This document shows, piece by piece, positions 35,201-48,464 of a stretch of DNA of 64,000 nt (within the stretch, counting starts at the first letter, position 1; every line of letters starts with the position of its first letter). The notes below the pieces were generated by a model. That model worked only from the letters and a program-made list of their open reading frames with translations. It was not told where the DNA came from and ran no database searches. This stretch comes from Phallusia mammillata (lineage: Eukaryota): the NCBI GenBank assembly GCA_965637545.1, contig OZ281499.1, forward strand, positions 26,846,001 to 26,910,000, in the 5' to 3' direction. Both the position numbers and the translations under genes were made by a program.

Positions 35201-37573
35201 ATGAACAAAATACTTGCTGTAGTCTTGCTGGTTGCTTTGATGTTGTTGGAAGCGCAACTAGTCAACAGTTTAAACTGTGTTGTGGGAACATATCCACCTG
35301 GATTTAACAACGCAGAATGTCCTGCTTCTGCTACTTATTGTGGATTGACAAAAACAACTTTTGACAATGGCTCTAAGATATCTGCTGCATCATGCCAGGA
35401 TGACCTCGTCGCATGCGATCAACTTTGCGCAGGAGTCCCGTAAGTATCAATTTCTATGATTCCAACTGGAGGTTTAAGTAAGTGAAATAAAAAAAAAAAA
35501 AAAAACACTTTACTTTAGAGTGACATGTTTTTAAAATGTTCAGCGGCCATCGGTTGATTAAAATGCTTAGTTGCACTTCACTTAAATGGCAGCTGTACAT
35601 TTTTTGGATTTAGTGTTAAATAAAGCAGGTTTTATAGGGTTAAGAAAATAGTCATTGAGCTTGTGGGGGTTGTTTTAGAAACAATGAACCAAACAAGGGT
35701 AAGGAAATAAATGAAACAGATTGTTAAGAAAACAATGGCTAAACCAGCTACACATGAAAGCTTATTTGCCGTTCGCCTAAAGGGCTTAAAACAAACAACG
35801 GAATAATTGCAACTTTGCTAAAATGTCAAAACGTTTCGCACTGTGACTTTAGGCAACGATGGATAAGAATCGTATCAAAGCCATTTTGAAAAGCAACCAT
35901 GGCAAGATATATCATCTTGATTTACTGAGAGACATATGACTAGTAATGAACTTCACATTTGGCAATGTTTATATCAAAACATAACACTCCATATTAGTAG
36001 AATGCCTATAATGACATTGTTGGATAATGACGTTTTCATATTCGTAGCAGGATTATTGACAAGAAGATATCTTTAGGAATTGTTGGTCAGTGTGTTGCAA
36101 CGATCGGCCAAACTGCAACTACAACACCATTTATAGTATAGTTTATGAGGTGACTTGTATGACGGGAACAACAACAAATGGAACCCTTAGTGAGAAGAAA
36201 ACATGTCAGGAGAGTGAGCTTTGCGCAAGGAGGGAAACCATTATTGATGGAGGTGAGGAAAGTTTTTTTTGGCAAGTGAATACATGGAATTCCGCATTTA
36301 TTTATAAACCAACAGATGGACTAATTCTTTATTCATTTCTCTACAACTGTTCATAATATAGTTCAATTAATACTCAATTCAAAGTATTTAACACAAAGAA
36401 TCGACATAAGGCAACGTTGTTAACTAACTCCCATTGTAACGTAGTTATGTTTGCAGTCACAACAACAACCGGAATGTGTTCGACAAAAAGAACTTGCAAT
36501 ATGCTCTGCAACAATTTTACGTGGGTAAATTTCGTGAATTTAAAACATTCTAGTCTGTGATCTACAAAGGTTTTTGAGCTTTTCCGAAAGCAAACAAGTT
36601 GGAAAAGATTGGATGGTTTGTTAAATGAAATCACAAATTTTCTTCTGTTCAGAAATTGTGTTTCGGCATGTTGCAATGATGCGGATGAGTGCAACGTTCG
36701 ACCAGTTAGTGACATAAACAACATTGTGCATTGTGTCACCAAAGTCGGACATGGAAGTATTTACGGGCCCAACACTTGTCCTCCGGGCTATCGGTGTGGA
36801 AGAACAGAAGATGGGAACTTTCCATTTGGGAAGCTAGAAGGTTGGTCCTTAACTGAACCAACAAAATATGAATTAAATAACTGAAAGGTGAAATTGTTGA
36901 TGGTGGTTTGTAAAAGTTGGATTGAAACGAGAAACAAAGATTTGTTCGTGAGTTGTCTGAAATGAGATTGAAAGTCGTTTGGTTTTAACCCAAAACTTCT
37001 TTCTGTTTCAGCAACCAAAGTTTCATGTCAGACAGCGGCTGCCTGTGATGCTGGACTTTGTGGAAACAGAACGTAAGTTATGTTTTAGGTTTAGAGTGGT
37101 CAAGAACTTACAGTAGCGACCTGAAGATAATTAATTAAACATAAACTGATGAGAGCGACCAACAATTGCAAGTTTTTCAAATTTTAAAAGTCCGATTTTT
37201 CAAAATATTATTTTTAGTTTAAGACATCTATTTTAATGAGTAAAATGCACGCGTTTTTTACAGTAACTGTGTGGCTGCCTGTTGCCAAAACGACGATTGT
37301 AACATGATGAGTGTGGCTAAACTCAATGTAGGGGTAACCTGGACAGCAACAACAACTACAACCTCAACAACAACTACAACCACAACAACATTTACAACCA
37401 CTACAGCAACAACAACACCTACAACAACAACAGCAACAACAACTACAACCGATACAGCAACAACAACACCTACAACCACTACAGCAGCAACAACATCTGG
37501 TGCTAAACACGCAGCACAAACAAATATTTTGATGACAATGTGTCTTGTGGTTCTGGGTCGGTTTTTGATTTAA
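35201..37573 (+). CDS. Intact secreted/GPI-anchored protein with three Ly6/uPAR (LU) domains and a Thr-rich mucin stalk (La3), 345 aa; exons 35201-35439, 36077-36252, 36457-36520, 36653-36840, 37012-37072, 37264-37573
   Basis: The six exons sum to 1038 nt in frame. Signal peptide MNKILAVVLLVALMLLEAQL; three 10-Cys repeats each ending CC-x4/5-CN; Thr-rich tract; C-terminal SGAKHAAQTNILMTMCLVVLGRFLI* resembling a GPI signal. Confidence 0.85.
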
Positions 37574-38261
37574 CTAATGACACTATTGGTTGGTGTTTTT
37601 GTTACAACTAAACTGCGCATACATCTAGAACACGAACGGATCGAATTACAAACATTTATCAAAAGCATTACCACCAGTAAGATTGTGTATATAGAATACT
37701 TATAAGTGCCGTTGTTTAAACAATCGCTGTTGTCATCATCACTGCAGGTTGTAAACTAAGCTTGAAATAAATAATCACATTCACTACATGGATGTATAAT
37801 GCAGTTCAAACAACCGTTCCTTGTGATCAAGTTGAGTTACAGGTATTTTCGTGATTAAGTGCAAAATGCATTAGTGTAGTCGTTTGTTCTCGAATGTCAC
37901 TGGTAAGGAAGACGCACATGAGGTTTAGATTTTAACATATCTTCATAGGGTAAAGTTTGACGACAATTTGTGTCTGTGAAGTTTTTTCAAGGCAAATCAA
38001 GTAAGGTGATAATTTGTTTGTGTTTAAAGTTTTCAGTGTTTTTGCACAAGAAAAAAACTTACGAAATTTAATCATTAGATTTTAAATCAGAAGAGTTGAT
38101 TCTGTTTGCTTTTGTTTTTTGCTTGCGAAAATATTTGATCAAATTTGTTTGCTCAATGTGCCATGGCGGTTTTATAAAGATTAGCATGACACGAAAACAA
38201 ACTACAGTAAATTTGTTTCGTCATAATGTCTGTGTTACGAGTACGACTACTTGACTTACAG

Positions 38262-38655
38262 TAACCGAGGTATCATGTCAGACGACTACCGCCTGTAAAG
38301 ATGGAATTTGTGATAACAAAACGTAAGTTTTCAAAAAATCTTTTAATTGCAATGTTTTTACCAAAATACTAAGAACTTTGTGGCAGTAAATATCTTAAAT
38401 CATGTTTAGTTTCAAAAACTACGGAAATGGTCCAACTAACTATGTAACTTCCACTTTTACAGCAACTGAACGGCTGTCTGTTGCAAGAATGACGAACGTA
38501 ACGCATTAAGTGTAGCTGATCTTTGCGCTTTCGAAACTGATGCGTGTAACTCCGGAATTGTGCCAAATACACCAACTCCTACCAGTACAGCAACAACAAC
38601 AACTGCTACAGCAACAACACCTGCTACAATAAAAATCGTTTGTCCTAATCGTAGG
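38262..38655 (+). pseudogene. Ly6-family 3' fragment Lc2
   Basis: Exon 38262-38322 (TEVSCQTTTACKDGICDNKT) and a last exon from 38463 with TGC>TGA at 38467-38469; homologous to 18452-18933. Confidence 0.65.
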
Positions 38656-39659
38656 AAAGCCGGCTGTGTTATAAGCCTGGCAACATAGCTTATATGTTTA
38701 AATAGATAACTTAATTCGTTTTTTTGCAGCTAGAGTATGTCGGCCGCTCTGACTAACTTGACATCGGTTTAACAATCAGCGCGACCCACACAAACTGCAA
38801 ATTTCGCTCTGTTTATGATTTGTTTCAGCGCGTGCGTTTTGCGAGCATTCCATGATGCGACGTGTCTTGTAATTTGCCGCAGGGTAAATAATTCTGCTTT
38901 GAATTGGAGCTTAAATACTAATATCTTTAACTATAGCATTCATTAACCAGGGGCCAAAGCATACATCTTCTCTCCCCCAGCATGCGACGTCCGTTTCATT
39001 TTAACACACTAAAAGAGAGTAAATGCGCATAAACGTCACGCAGTTAGGAGGAAAAATGCGTCCGGTTATCGGTTTGATGATGAATGGTTTTGTATATGTT
39101 TAACCACGGCAAGATTTAACATTTTGTCCTCATCCGAGTAAACCGAGCCTTGTGCAAAGGACATTACATCCTGCTTTCTTTAGGTAAAACGTTCAGAGTG
39201 TAATGTGCAACTTGACGGAAATGAGTCATTGTCTGTGTTGCCATAAGGCTTGTTGGTATTCGCGAAATGACACCATGTTGGATGATGCAATTTCAAACCA
39301 TGTGGAATCACGCCCCATTAATAGAAAAATAAAACATAACAGACTTTACAATGGTATGTTCTTACCACCAGCTCAGCCAAAGTACTTCACATTAACACTA
39401 TAGAGCGAGAGCGACAGACCATTAGCGTCAGTATAACATTTTATATTTGAAACAAAAACATTCCGTTCGCTTATTGTGAAGGCATCGTAAGGTTTCTTTG
39501 ATTTTTACCTGATTTTTCAACACTGTTAAATATTGGACTTTTGAATGCTGAACCACCGAACATAACCATGTAGCCGAGACTGATTTCCAGTCCGTTATGA
39601 CAGCTTTACTTGTTTTTGAAAGTTTGATAAGTTTAGGAAAGGTGTGAAGATTAAAAGTA

Positions 39660-39814
39660 AATGGAATCCGACACGTGTTGTAGTATTTCTTACCGTTTTA
39701 GTGTTTATGGGGTGCGCAGATAACTTATTGTACAAAGTGCGCACAAAATGATAATACACCAATGTAATGTCTTGCTTCTTCGACTTATTGTGGTTTAGCT
39801 CAACCAGATTTTGA
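39660..39814 (+). pseudogene. Variant Ly6 exon 1 fragment Lb2, truncated by retroelement sequence
   Basis: Homologous to 18291-18075 (NPTRVVVFLTVLVFMGCADN...CLASSTYCGLAQPDFD) with frameshifts; ends at the PLE fragment. Confidence 0.6.
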
Positions 39815-40349
39815 CAAGGCACAACATCAAGTTTATTGAGCTTTTCTGGCAAATGTGTTTTTATTCCGACGTTTCGGCGTCCTATACAGGTCGTCTTTAT
39901 CAGGGTAAATAACACTGAATGCGCGTGGTACAGTGCATGATGAACAAAGGAAAAAAGAATGAAACGCAAACACGTCACAACGCAACGAAAACACCGCGCG
40001 ATAACGAATGACTGGGCTTCTAATCTTTGAGCAATAGCCTGTAGCACGTTGAAAGAATCAGGTCTGTTTAGTAATTTATTGTGTTGCCAAGTTGATGAAT
40101 ATTTCATGACCCAAGAAATAGTATTTTCCTGTAGTCAGGCCCCCAGGCCAAAACAGACGCCGCATTGAAATCAATATGATACCGCGTGATTGGAGAGGGC
40201 CGACTTCTTCGCGTCGTTGTTGGCAACATCCCGTTGATGTTCTTTTCGTCGGGTGTTGAGTGACCTTCCAGTCTCCCCGATGTATATTAACGGTGACTCG
40301 GCGCAGGGAATGGAATATACAACACCTCGTTGTTCAAAGTTGTTGATGG
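39815..40349 (-). mobile_element. Penelope-like element 3' fragment (GIY-YIG endonuclease) with degenerate hammerhead at 39866-39905
   Basis: GVVYSIPCAESPLIYIGETGRSLNTRRKEHQR...SALSNH is the PLE GIY-YIG signature. It is followed by CUGAUAA...GAAACGUC (core G8>A). Confidence 0.85.
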
Positions 40350-42306
40350 TGTAGTGACCTTCAAGGTAGACAATTAACAACACTGCCGTATATCTGACTC
40401 TAATAAACCCAACTACACCTAAAGCACGCAAAACTGGTTTCACGTTCCCCCATTGTATTTCAATAAACATGCATTTGCTTTAACATCTTTCCGCTTTATT
40501 ACTGTAGCATTCTCCTGCATTTTTCCTTAGCACGTTTAATTGATTAAACACCATTTCATATTTATCGTTTTGGTTTCACATATAGTCATGTCAAATCTAA
40601 AATTATTTTTATACAGGGTCAACCTACTAGGTACTTAGAACGAATGTCATGATGGTTTTTTTATTATCAAGGTAGTTATTAGAAGGCCAATCTACAAGGT
40701 TCTTAGAACGCTTATAGCTGTATTGGCGTGAGCAAGGCCAATGTGATTTGACGTATAAAGACGATAATGTACTTACTGCTTGACAAGTCGTCGTCAGTAT
40801 CGATAGAAATCGTTCGAACCTCCAGTAGCATTGATCTATCTGTAAAACTACACTCAAAAAACAAAACATTAAATCTGCAACTTTGCGACGCTAACTATTT
40901 AGAGCAAACAAACTGCCATGTAAGAGTATTAGTAATAAACCAAACAAGAATATGCTTATCTATGAATGATAACGGTGTGCAATTTTCTATGCCTTAATGA
41001 CCAACTTTCGCTTGTAAGTCCATAGCGAGAAGCAGTCCTTATGTGCAAGGACTTAGAGACTATTGGGTCAGACATGTAGGTAGAAGGTAATAAAAATGAA
41101 ATAATTGTTGCCTTGAGTGCAACGGCCCCAATAACTGCTGTACGAGAGAGACGAAGATTTCTAAATATGTAGGCAAGTAGATATTTTTTGGACCGTATTA
41201 AGCATAAAGGTGACATTTCCCAGTAAAAATTATAGTCAAAACATGGTACAGTTGCTGCATTTTAAGATTAGCAATCGCAAGGTAGAGATTAAAAGTATAG
41301 GGAGTAGGCAATATCATTATTAGGTAATCAAATTCGTCCGTAAACAATAGTCAATCAATAATTATACTTACCTGCTATCCGATTCTCAGATCGCCTGCGG
41401 ATCTAAACAATCCGGCCTTTCGTTTAACGAGTTGCTGGAATCGGCACGCATCGACTACGACATGTTTATTGCCGGCGACAATTGTGTCCCTTTCCTTAAA
41501 AGACTGAAAGTTCGTTGGTTCGCTAATCAATGCGATTTGATCAGCGTTTTCAGCCAATGCTTCCATGGACAAACCGTAATCAGGCACAAAAAACGACTGG
41601 TTCAACAACTTTTCGGCAACCGGTACTACATCTTGGTTATCGCCCGGAGGAACCAAACTATCGACAGAGACACTAGGGCGCTTACTTTCCAACTTAACAT
41701 CGGGAAGCGACTCTTGTACCTCAGCAACAGGGTTAACGCCAAAAGCCTGTATGAGAGCCTGTTTTACATCATACGAAAGACAACCACCAACAGCACCCAA
41801 AATGACGTGACTAATCCGTTTCGCTTGTACCTCGTTCAACGCGGAGACAACTAAACCCATTTTCACAGCGATTTAGTTCACCAATCCCAAAACTACGCGC
41901 AGGATAAACTGGATAACGAGGCGTAGAATACGGTGCACGCGGTGGCTGGTTCGATAACGATGCGGCCTGGGCACTATCTGAAAACTTGACAGAATAATTT
42001 GAGCGGAGCTCAGTCTCAGAGTAATACAATACCGTTGGTGCAGTCCACACAGACTGGAAAGGCGTGTTATAACAATGTGTCGCAGCGCTTACAGAAACGG
42101 GAACGAAGTTAGCAATTCTCTGCATCATTAATTTAGGCGTTATTAACAGCGATTCAATCAGAAGGTTAAATGCGCGGAAATCAATATCACGGCAGAGGGC
42201 GTCACCAAATTTGTACTGACCCCGTGGGTAGACAATTAACAACACTGCCGTATATCTGACTCTAATAAACCCAACTAAACCTAAAGCACGCAAAACTGGT
42301 TTAACG
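40350..42306 (-). mobile_element. Short internally deleted Gypsy-like LTR element (LTRs ~42212-42306 and ~40350-40444)
   Basis: Two ~95-bp direct repeats, PBS-like TGGTGACGCC after the first, purine tract GGGGGAA before the second. Gag-like frames include LVVSALNEVQAKRISHVILG...LSYDVKQALIQAFG. Confidence 0.65.
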
Positions 42307-43566
42307 TTCTCCCATTGTATTTCAATAAGGCATGCCACGAAAGGTTAAACACGCAACACAAAAGTCACAACGCCAACGCGTGAGCTACACCAAAGCACGC
42401 TATTGTCTAATGAACTTGGTAACTCTTGGTAACTGATTTTTAGTTTAAAATACGTCGGTCTTTATAGAGTTCAGGTCACCTGTTGTTATGCCAGCGTAGT
42501 TGTAAAAACGTACGCCCGAGAAGATTAACTGAGTTCTAAACCGTAATTATTCTTTTGGTTGATTTTAAAAACGTCAACATGGCTGGAAGCCAAGTAATAC
42601 GTGGGTTACTGTTAACAAGTTAAAAACGATACAACGATAGCCTTAAGCCAGTATATGACCATCGTGGTGATTAGAAAACAGGTTTAATAGCCGGTCAAGC
42701 TTTTGTGTAGAAAAAAGGTGAGGTTTGACCGTGACAAATGGCTACGTCACGACAATTACATACAAGTTTTGAAATTAAAAATCCAAGTCCGATGTATGTT
42801 GAATTAAAAGTCCAAGGTCCGATACAATGGGATTTCGGGTGACTTAGTAGCTTATGAAAAGTACTAATATATAATCTCTTCTAAAACACGTTTAATATAA
42901 TATGCAAAGACAATAACATTAGATTACGACAGAGCGCTTTTCAATGTTCCAATACAACGCAACTTGAGATCACAACGCTACCACGTTTTTCCACCGCACT
43001 CACAACACTACGAACGACACGAGGCCCAAGCGAGAACTGCCTCAGATCGAAAACGAAACATGGCAGTCACAAAGTCACGTGATCTTTGGGTCCAATTACA
43101 ATGCACAAGCGCGACACGTCGATTTCTAAATTATTGTGCGAGAAAGCAATTGATTAAGGAAATGAATAAAACTGTACATGAGAACATGTCAACACAAAAA
43201 AGTGGATTGCAAATACAAACAAACGCAAAGTTGAAAATAAAGCAACAAACCTTTGAAACCTTAACTATTACAAGTGCATAAATAAGATAACGAAATGCTG
43301 TGCAAGAAACAAAGTAGGCGAGTTCGCTTGTCTGTGGTTGGTGCTTATTCCGCTGCGAGTCTATGTTTTTGTGACATTAATTTCTTTAACTTTTTTCTGT
43401 AACTTGTGTTAAGCGTTAAGTAAAGGTAATGGAATATATGCATGGTTGAAAAAAACGGACAAAACACGCTTGCGTTTAAAATACTACTATTTCAGGGTGG
43501 CCTTGCTCAGTTTCAACAGTGTTTTTAATATATTTCGGAGTTTTAGAAAATTTTAAAGCGACAGGA

Positions 43567-43782
43567 ATGAATCAAATACTTGCTGTAGTCTTGCTGGTTG
43601 CTTTCATGTTGTTGGATGCGCAACTAGTCAACGGTTTAAGTTGTTCTCAGGGATCAAGTTTAACCGGATATAAAGACGTGGAATGTCCTGCCTCTGCTAC
43701 TTATTGTAGATTGACTGAATAAATTTCTAGCAATGGTTCTATAAGGTCTGCTGCATCATGCCAGGATGACGTGGTCGCATGT
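43567..43782 (+). pseudogene. Isolated Ly6 La-type exon 1 with premature stop
   Basis: MNQILAVVLLVAFMLLDAQLVNGLSCSQG...ECPASATYCRLTE*ISSNGSIRSAASCQDDVVAC, after which homology is lost. Confidence 0.75.
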
Positions 43783-44530
43783 GCGGGGACGACGGTGAGC
43801 ATAGAATAACAATTGCCCTGCAGTGACTATTGGTTTGGAAATGTTCTCCGGCGTCAGCTGAGTTTCTTGGGCTATGTTATTCTTTACTTGAAAGCTTGTT
43901 AATTCTTCTGCTTCTTGTGGCTCGTATCGATCGTCTGCAGTAGCGAGTAAGTTCATTATTACGATTCTTAACGCTTGCTGCTTAGAGCCGACATGATCGA
44001 CAAAAGATCAATTTAGTTCTTGTCTTTTATTCTGGTTACGCAACACACATCAAGTCTTATTTATCTCAAGGAAAGGATACGGTGGGACAGAGAGAGATCA
44101 AAGATAAAACATTGGCTTTTGAACTGATACTCGTTTCTCGTGCGATCATTGCAAAACAGTACCTTCTTTTACTCACATCAGTTATTAGTTTGTTTTATAT
44201 TAAACGCTTGCAAAGATATGGAGCACTGCAATGGATTGCACAACTATTTCGAAACACCCGGTTTACGCAACAGCCTGTCTTATGGTCAGGCTGTCGGAAG
44301 ATATCAGGAAGACGGGAACATGTAACAACGACACTGAATATGTGCTTCAACAGTTACTGAATCATGAGAACCGACGGAACAGTAAAGTTACACCGCTCGA
44401 TACCATATGTCGCAAAAGCAGCATATAAATTCCATGGAACGAAAAGTCATGGTTGCAAAGTTAAAATTTTCCATTACATCAGAAGCATTGTCGCATCTGG
44501 ATTTCGATTTCTTGTTTGTCCTCCATCTTG

Positions 44531-45525
44531 TCAAATATCTTCATTGTTGAGTTCTTCCTCGAAATCTACATTAAAAAATGTTTTAAACTTGCAATATTTT
44601 TTTAAAGTGAAGTAATAGGTTCGAACCCAAGTCCATGCAGGAAATGTACCGTATCATGATACGTATGTTCTGTGGAACATTCTAATTATGAATTGCATAA
44701 GAAACATTTCGTTGGTGCAATACTCGACTGTATCACGACTTTAATTAATTGGTAATAATAAATGATAATGCAACTTTTAGATGTCGGACTTAGGTTTTAC
44801 ATTTTGTTGGTGCAATATTTAACCATGTTGAGCTTTATAAAAAAAAACGTAAACGCCTCATTTAAAATGTCGAAATCAGGTTTTAACAATTCTGAACCTT
44901 CAAGAAGATCTTCCAACATTTTCAGCTTCTTTTTCTCGTTGTTGCTTCTTTTAAAATCCCATGCTACAGTGATCCTGTGAAAATTTCACGCAAAATACTC
45001 GATTACTTTAAACTACAAAGACAACGTGCAATTGAAAATGTTTTAAGTCTTGGAAACATTTAGATCAGGGGTGTGCAACCTTTATCATGGTGCATCTAAA
45101 TTAAATTTCCAGGATTAGATCGCGGGCCGCACCTTTATATAACACAAAATGATTTTAATTTATTGCATATTCTACCTGCTTTATTGTCCGGCCGCAGAAA
45201 TAATCTGCTCGTATAATAATTAAACTCGTTTGTTAGTACATTTGATTCTAGTCGAATATTGTCAGGTAACAGAAAGCAGCACCGGGCGCATTAATCTGCT
45301 CGAAAATGTATAATAATTGGACTCGTTTGCCAGTACATTTGAAATCTCAGCGTCTCTGCTGGCCGCACATTCTTTAGTTAAGGGCCGCATTTGGCCCGCA
45401 GGCCACAGGTTGCACACCCCTGGTCTATTCCACCACATGAACTTACCCTCCGTTGACACTTCGAACTTTTACAGCCAACTTCGCTTTTTTTCTCTTCTTG
45501 CTGCATCCTGGATCAACCAAAAAAT
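44531..45525 (-). pseudogene. Subtype B copy B2, 5'-truncated
   Basis: Exon 1 remnant ends at 45447, exon 2 is 44974-44898 (ITVAWDFKRSNNEKKKLKMLEDLLE), exon 3 is 44565-44531. The start codon and most of the signal peptide are replaced by D-type sequence. Confidence 0.75.
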
Positions 45526-45544
45526 GGTGAATTAGGCACAATTT

Positions 45545-45911
45545 CAGTTTTCCTCCGAATGTTGTTCCAAATCTTTATCTCCGTCCTCATCCCAAGCTAC
45601 GGAAGCTCTGCGCAAAGTTTCTGATCAGGTTTGTAAATATGTTTGAATTGTTTTGATTTGTAAAGTTTAGAAAATTGAGAAAACATAAAGCGGTAAGCAA
45701 ATGTTGAAAACATAAACAGTATTTGAAGACTAGACTTTACAGCGGTAACACGAACTGGAGATTTGTCATTATTTCATTTCCTAAAACATTGAAACAACTT
45801 AACCACCAAAGGTTTACATAAACTAACTAACCCTCCATTGACTGAAGTAAAAGGTCCAACAATGCAAGTGGACATCAAACAAAACACGTACAATAAAGTC
45901 AGCCTGTACGT
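45545..45911 (-). pseudogene. Subtype D copy D4 (ATG>ACG, exon 2 truncated)
   Basis: Exon 1 starts ACG TAC AGG CTG...; exon 2 (ASVAWDEDGDKDLEQHSEEN) breaks off and joins the B2 exon 1 remnant. Confidence 0.7.
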
Positions 45912-46624
45912 CTTTGTTTATATGATCTGAACCTATAAAAGTAACGTTTTGTACTTAAAGCTAAAAAAGCTAAACTGTCACAAATAAAACTGAGGCTTTC
46001 CTCCGCCAAATGCCCAAGTTAGAAATGCACAACAAACTTTCGCAACATAACGCAACTTTGTGTTATACCACGTCTGTATAAATGGTTGGAAGTCTACACC
46101 ACCGCTTACAACAGCTGAGCGCGTTCTGGCTGCTTTGCGTTAGCTGCAGTGCGTTGGATATTTATCCACCATTTGTTCCTTTTGTTGTTTTCGCGCTTCA
46201 TGACGTGCCGACGTTGCGCAGGATGACTGTTTTAGTGCATTTGTGTTGCTACGATTTCAACAAAGGGACTGAACTCCATTGAACTCAAACATCTCAAATC
46301 CTATTTATCGACCACGAAGCTTACAATACTTGCATGCGTGCTGCAATTTGGCATTGTTAGATTTTATTGAAGCTCAGACCAAAATCATCCAGCAACACAA
46401 CAAGATACAAATCAATTGAAGTAGTTTTTTGATATTATTCCGTATTTGTTTACGAAACCAAACAAAAGTTCAAAATTTGAAGAATATTACTCCATTGCAA
46501 AAACATGAAACCAATCTGATTAACAAAACATTAACGGTGGATAAACAAATAAATCCAAGTGTAAATTTAAAAATTTCTGGTGTACCACAATTATTTTTTT
46601 CAGTTGGATTTATATTGTCAGAAA

Positions 46625-47166
46625 TCAAATATCGAAGAGCTCTTTAATGACATCTGCCAAAAAGATGAAGAAATAGTCATGTATATAGATTTATTTCTGC
46701 TAAAAGCAATGCCCACCTTGCATCAATTCGTCCACATTTTGCTCCGAAATATGTTTAGACTTCTGATGTGCTTCTTCCCAAGGTATGGTGGTTCTGGGAA
46801 CAAAATATTAAATCAGATTTACAAACACGTTTCTCTGTCATTGGCAAACACCAGATCGCAAAGTTGCATCTACATCCTAATTAACTGCGACCGGAAAAAG
46901 TCCGAACACGATTTGTCAATACAGTGGGATTTGGTTGCTACACATTTCAACTTCCTCGCAGCCTTTGAGCTAGCGAGTCAAAACCGAGCTATTTTGGTAA
47001 ACAAATATTGCAAAGTTTGCACAAATTATGTCGCAACCGCTACAAAATACCCCCCGCCATGTTTTTGAGCACTGAGCAACATATGGTCATTGCGGGATTG
47101 GGCATGAAAGTGGAGCACAAGAAAATACATGTCATACACAACACAAAACAGTACATAATTAATCAT
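46625..47166 (-). CDS. Divergent family member, subtype E, 73 aa; exons 47166-47051, 46793-46717, 46653-46625
   Basis: Same phase 2/1 layout: MINYVLFCVVYDMYFLVLHFHAQSRNDHMLLSAQKHGGG-TTIPWEEAHQKSKHISEQNVDELMQ-DVIKELFDI*. It has the IPWE motif and the GG| exon-1 end. The signal peptide is atypical, so exon 1 is the least certain part. Confidence 0.5.
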
Positions 47167-47277
47167 TCGTTGATTTCTGTGCATTTCTGGATCAACTACT
47201 CAAAAATACATAAGTTACAGCACAAATACAAGAATTTCTTCATTAAGCATTGAAAACAGTATGAGCATATAGATTAT

Positions 47278-47493
47278 TCACAAACAAACAACATTCGCTT
47301 TTACACCACACCAATTATCGAATTTGATTATCGCATTTCGAGCGTAACGTTTTGTTTCTGGAGATGGATTGTCTCCAGTCTTCAGACATCTGCATCGCTG
47401 AAATTCTGTGTCTGTCAGTATGGTGAATTTAAATGTCCTCTGCTCTTGGTCACAATCAAAGTTTGATGTCACTTCGTTCGGAAACAATAACAT
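47278..47493 (-). other. Short ORF weakly resembling the N-terminal motif of Crypton-type tyrosine recombinase proteins
   Basis: SPETKRYARNAIIKFDNWC resembles the nTkk.t..a...F..Wc pattern; no catalytic region is seen. Confidence 0.15.
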
Positions 47494-48464
47494 AGCAAGC
47501 AGTATACCGAAATAACAATGACATTTATTTCACACATACGTTGCTACGTTTTAGTGTGTAACAATAGGACATAGTAATTGCGGTAGAGCAGCGCATTTAT
47601 TGCCTGAGAATCGAATTCATTATTATGTGTTACAATTGGGCAGGCAATAAACTTCGCAATTGAACCGGTAGTCTTGGCTGACTATATTTGATAAAATTGT
47701 ACAAAAAATGAATATGTTCGATAAAGTAGAACATGAAATCAAGTTGTGATTGCAGGTTTACCCCCAATGCACCCCCAAGCTAGCCGATGTTCAGACTAAA
47801 CCTAAAATTGAGATGGTACTCAGAAGTATATTGATGTAAATAATTATTTGCATGAAGTATAATAGTATTCATTCCTCGTGGGAAAGTAATAAAAAGTACG
47901 TACGTGTATCGAGCCATGCTCGGAAGCTACGACAAGCTTCGATAGTTCGTTCTTTTGTAATGTATAGTAAATTCGCCCAGTTGGCGTATCATGCAATACA
48001 GAGAGCGTCTAGTTGGCGTTTAGTAATGCAATAATCTTTCTATGAACCGAAATAAATAGTTGGATACTTCATTTAAAGCCAGCATTCTTAAAATATTTCG
48101 GAATAACGTAAGGTCAGGCGTCGAAAACGTTTTCTTTTGACTCAGGTTTTGAACCACTGATCTATTTGGTCAACCAATAGGATAAATCAACACAAACAAA
48201 TATCCACCTAATTTCTGCTATTGTTGTATTATTCGTGTTTGCTGTCCCTAAATTCCAGCAGTCTCTGTCTTGGTGAAGGTGTAGATGCAGCGTTACAAAC
48301 ATTGATACACTAATTGTGCTCTCAACTTTTTTGTGTTTTATCACATTCGCAGTTTGCAAATCAACTCAAACTTACTTTGTCATAAGGTACGCAACATATA
48401 TACTTTTTATTTTTTAAATAATAAGCATTGTTGCATCCAGATTTTGGTTTTTGTCCTTATTTTG

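Noticed and set aside
43790-44450. Short ORFs between the Ly6 exon-1 relic and B2
   Set aside because: Multiple stops and no recognisable motifs; possibly decayed foreign sequence at an inversion junction, but unassignable.
46580-47068. 162-aa plus-strand ORF
   Set aside because: It lies antisense to the subtype E exons and intron, with no recognisable domain.
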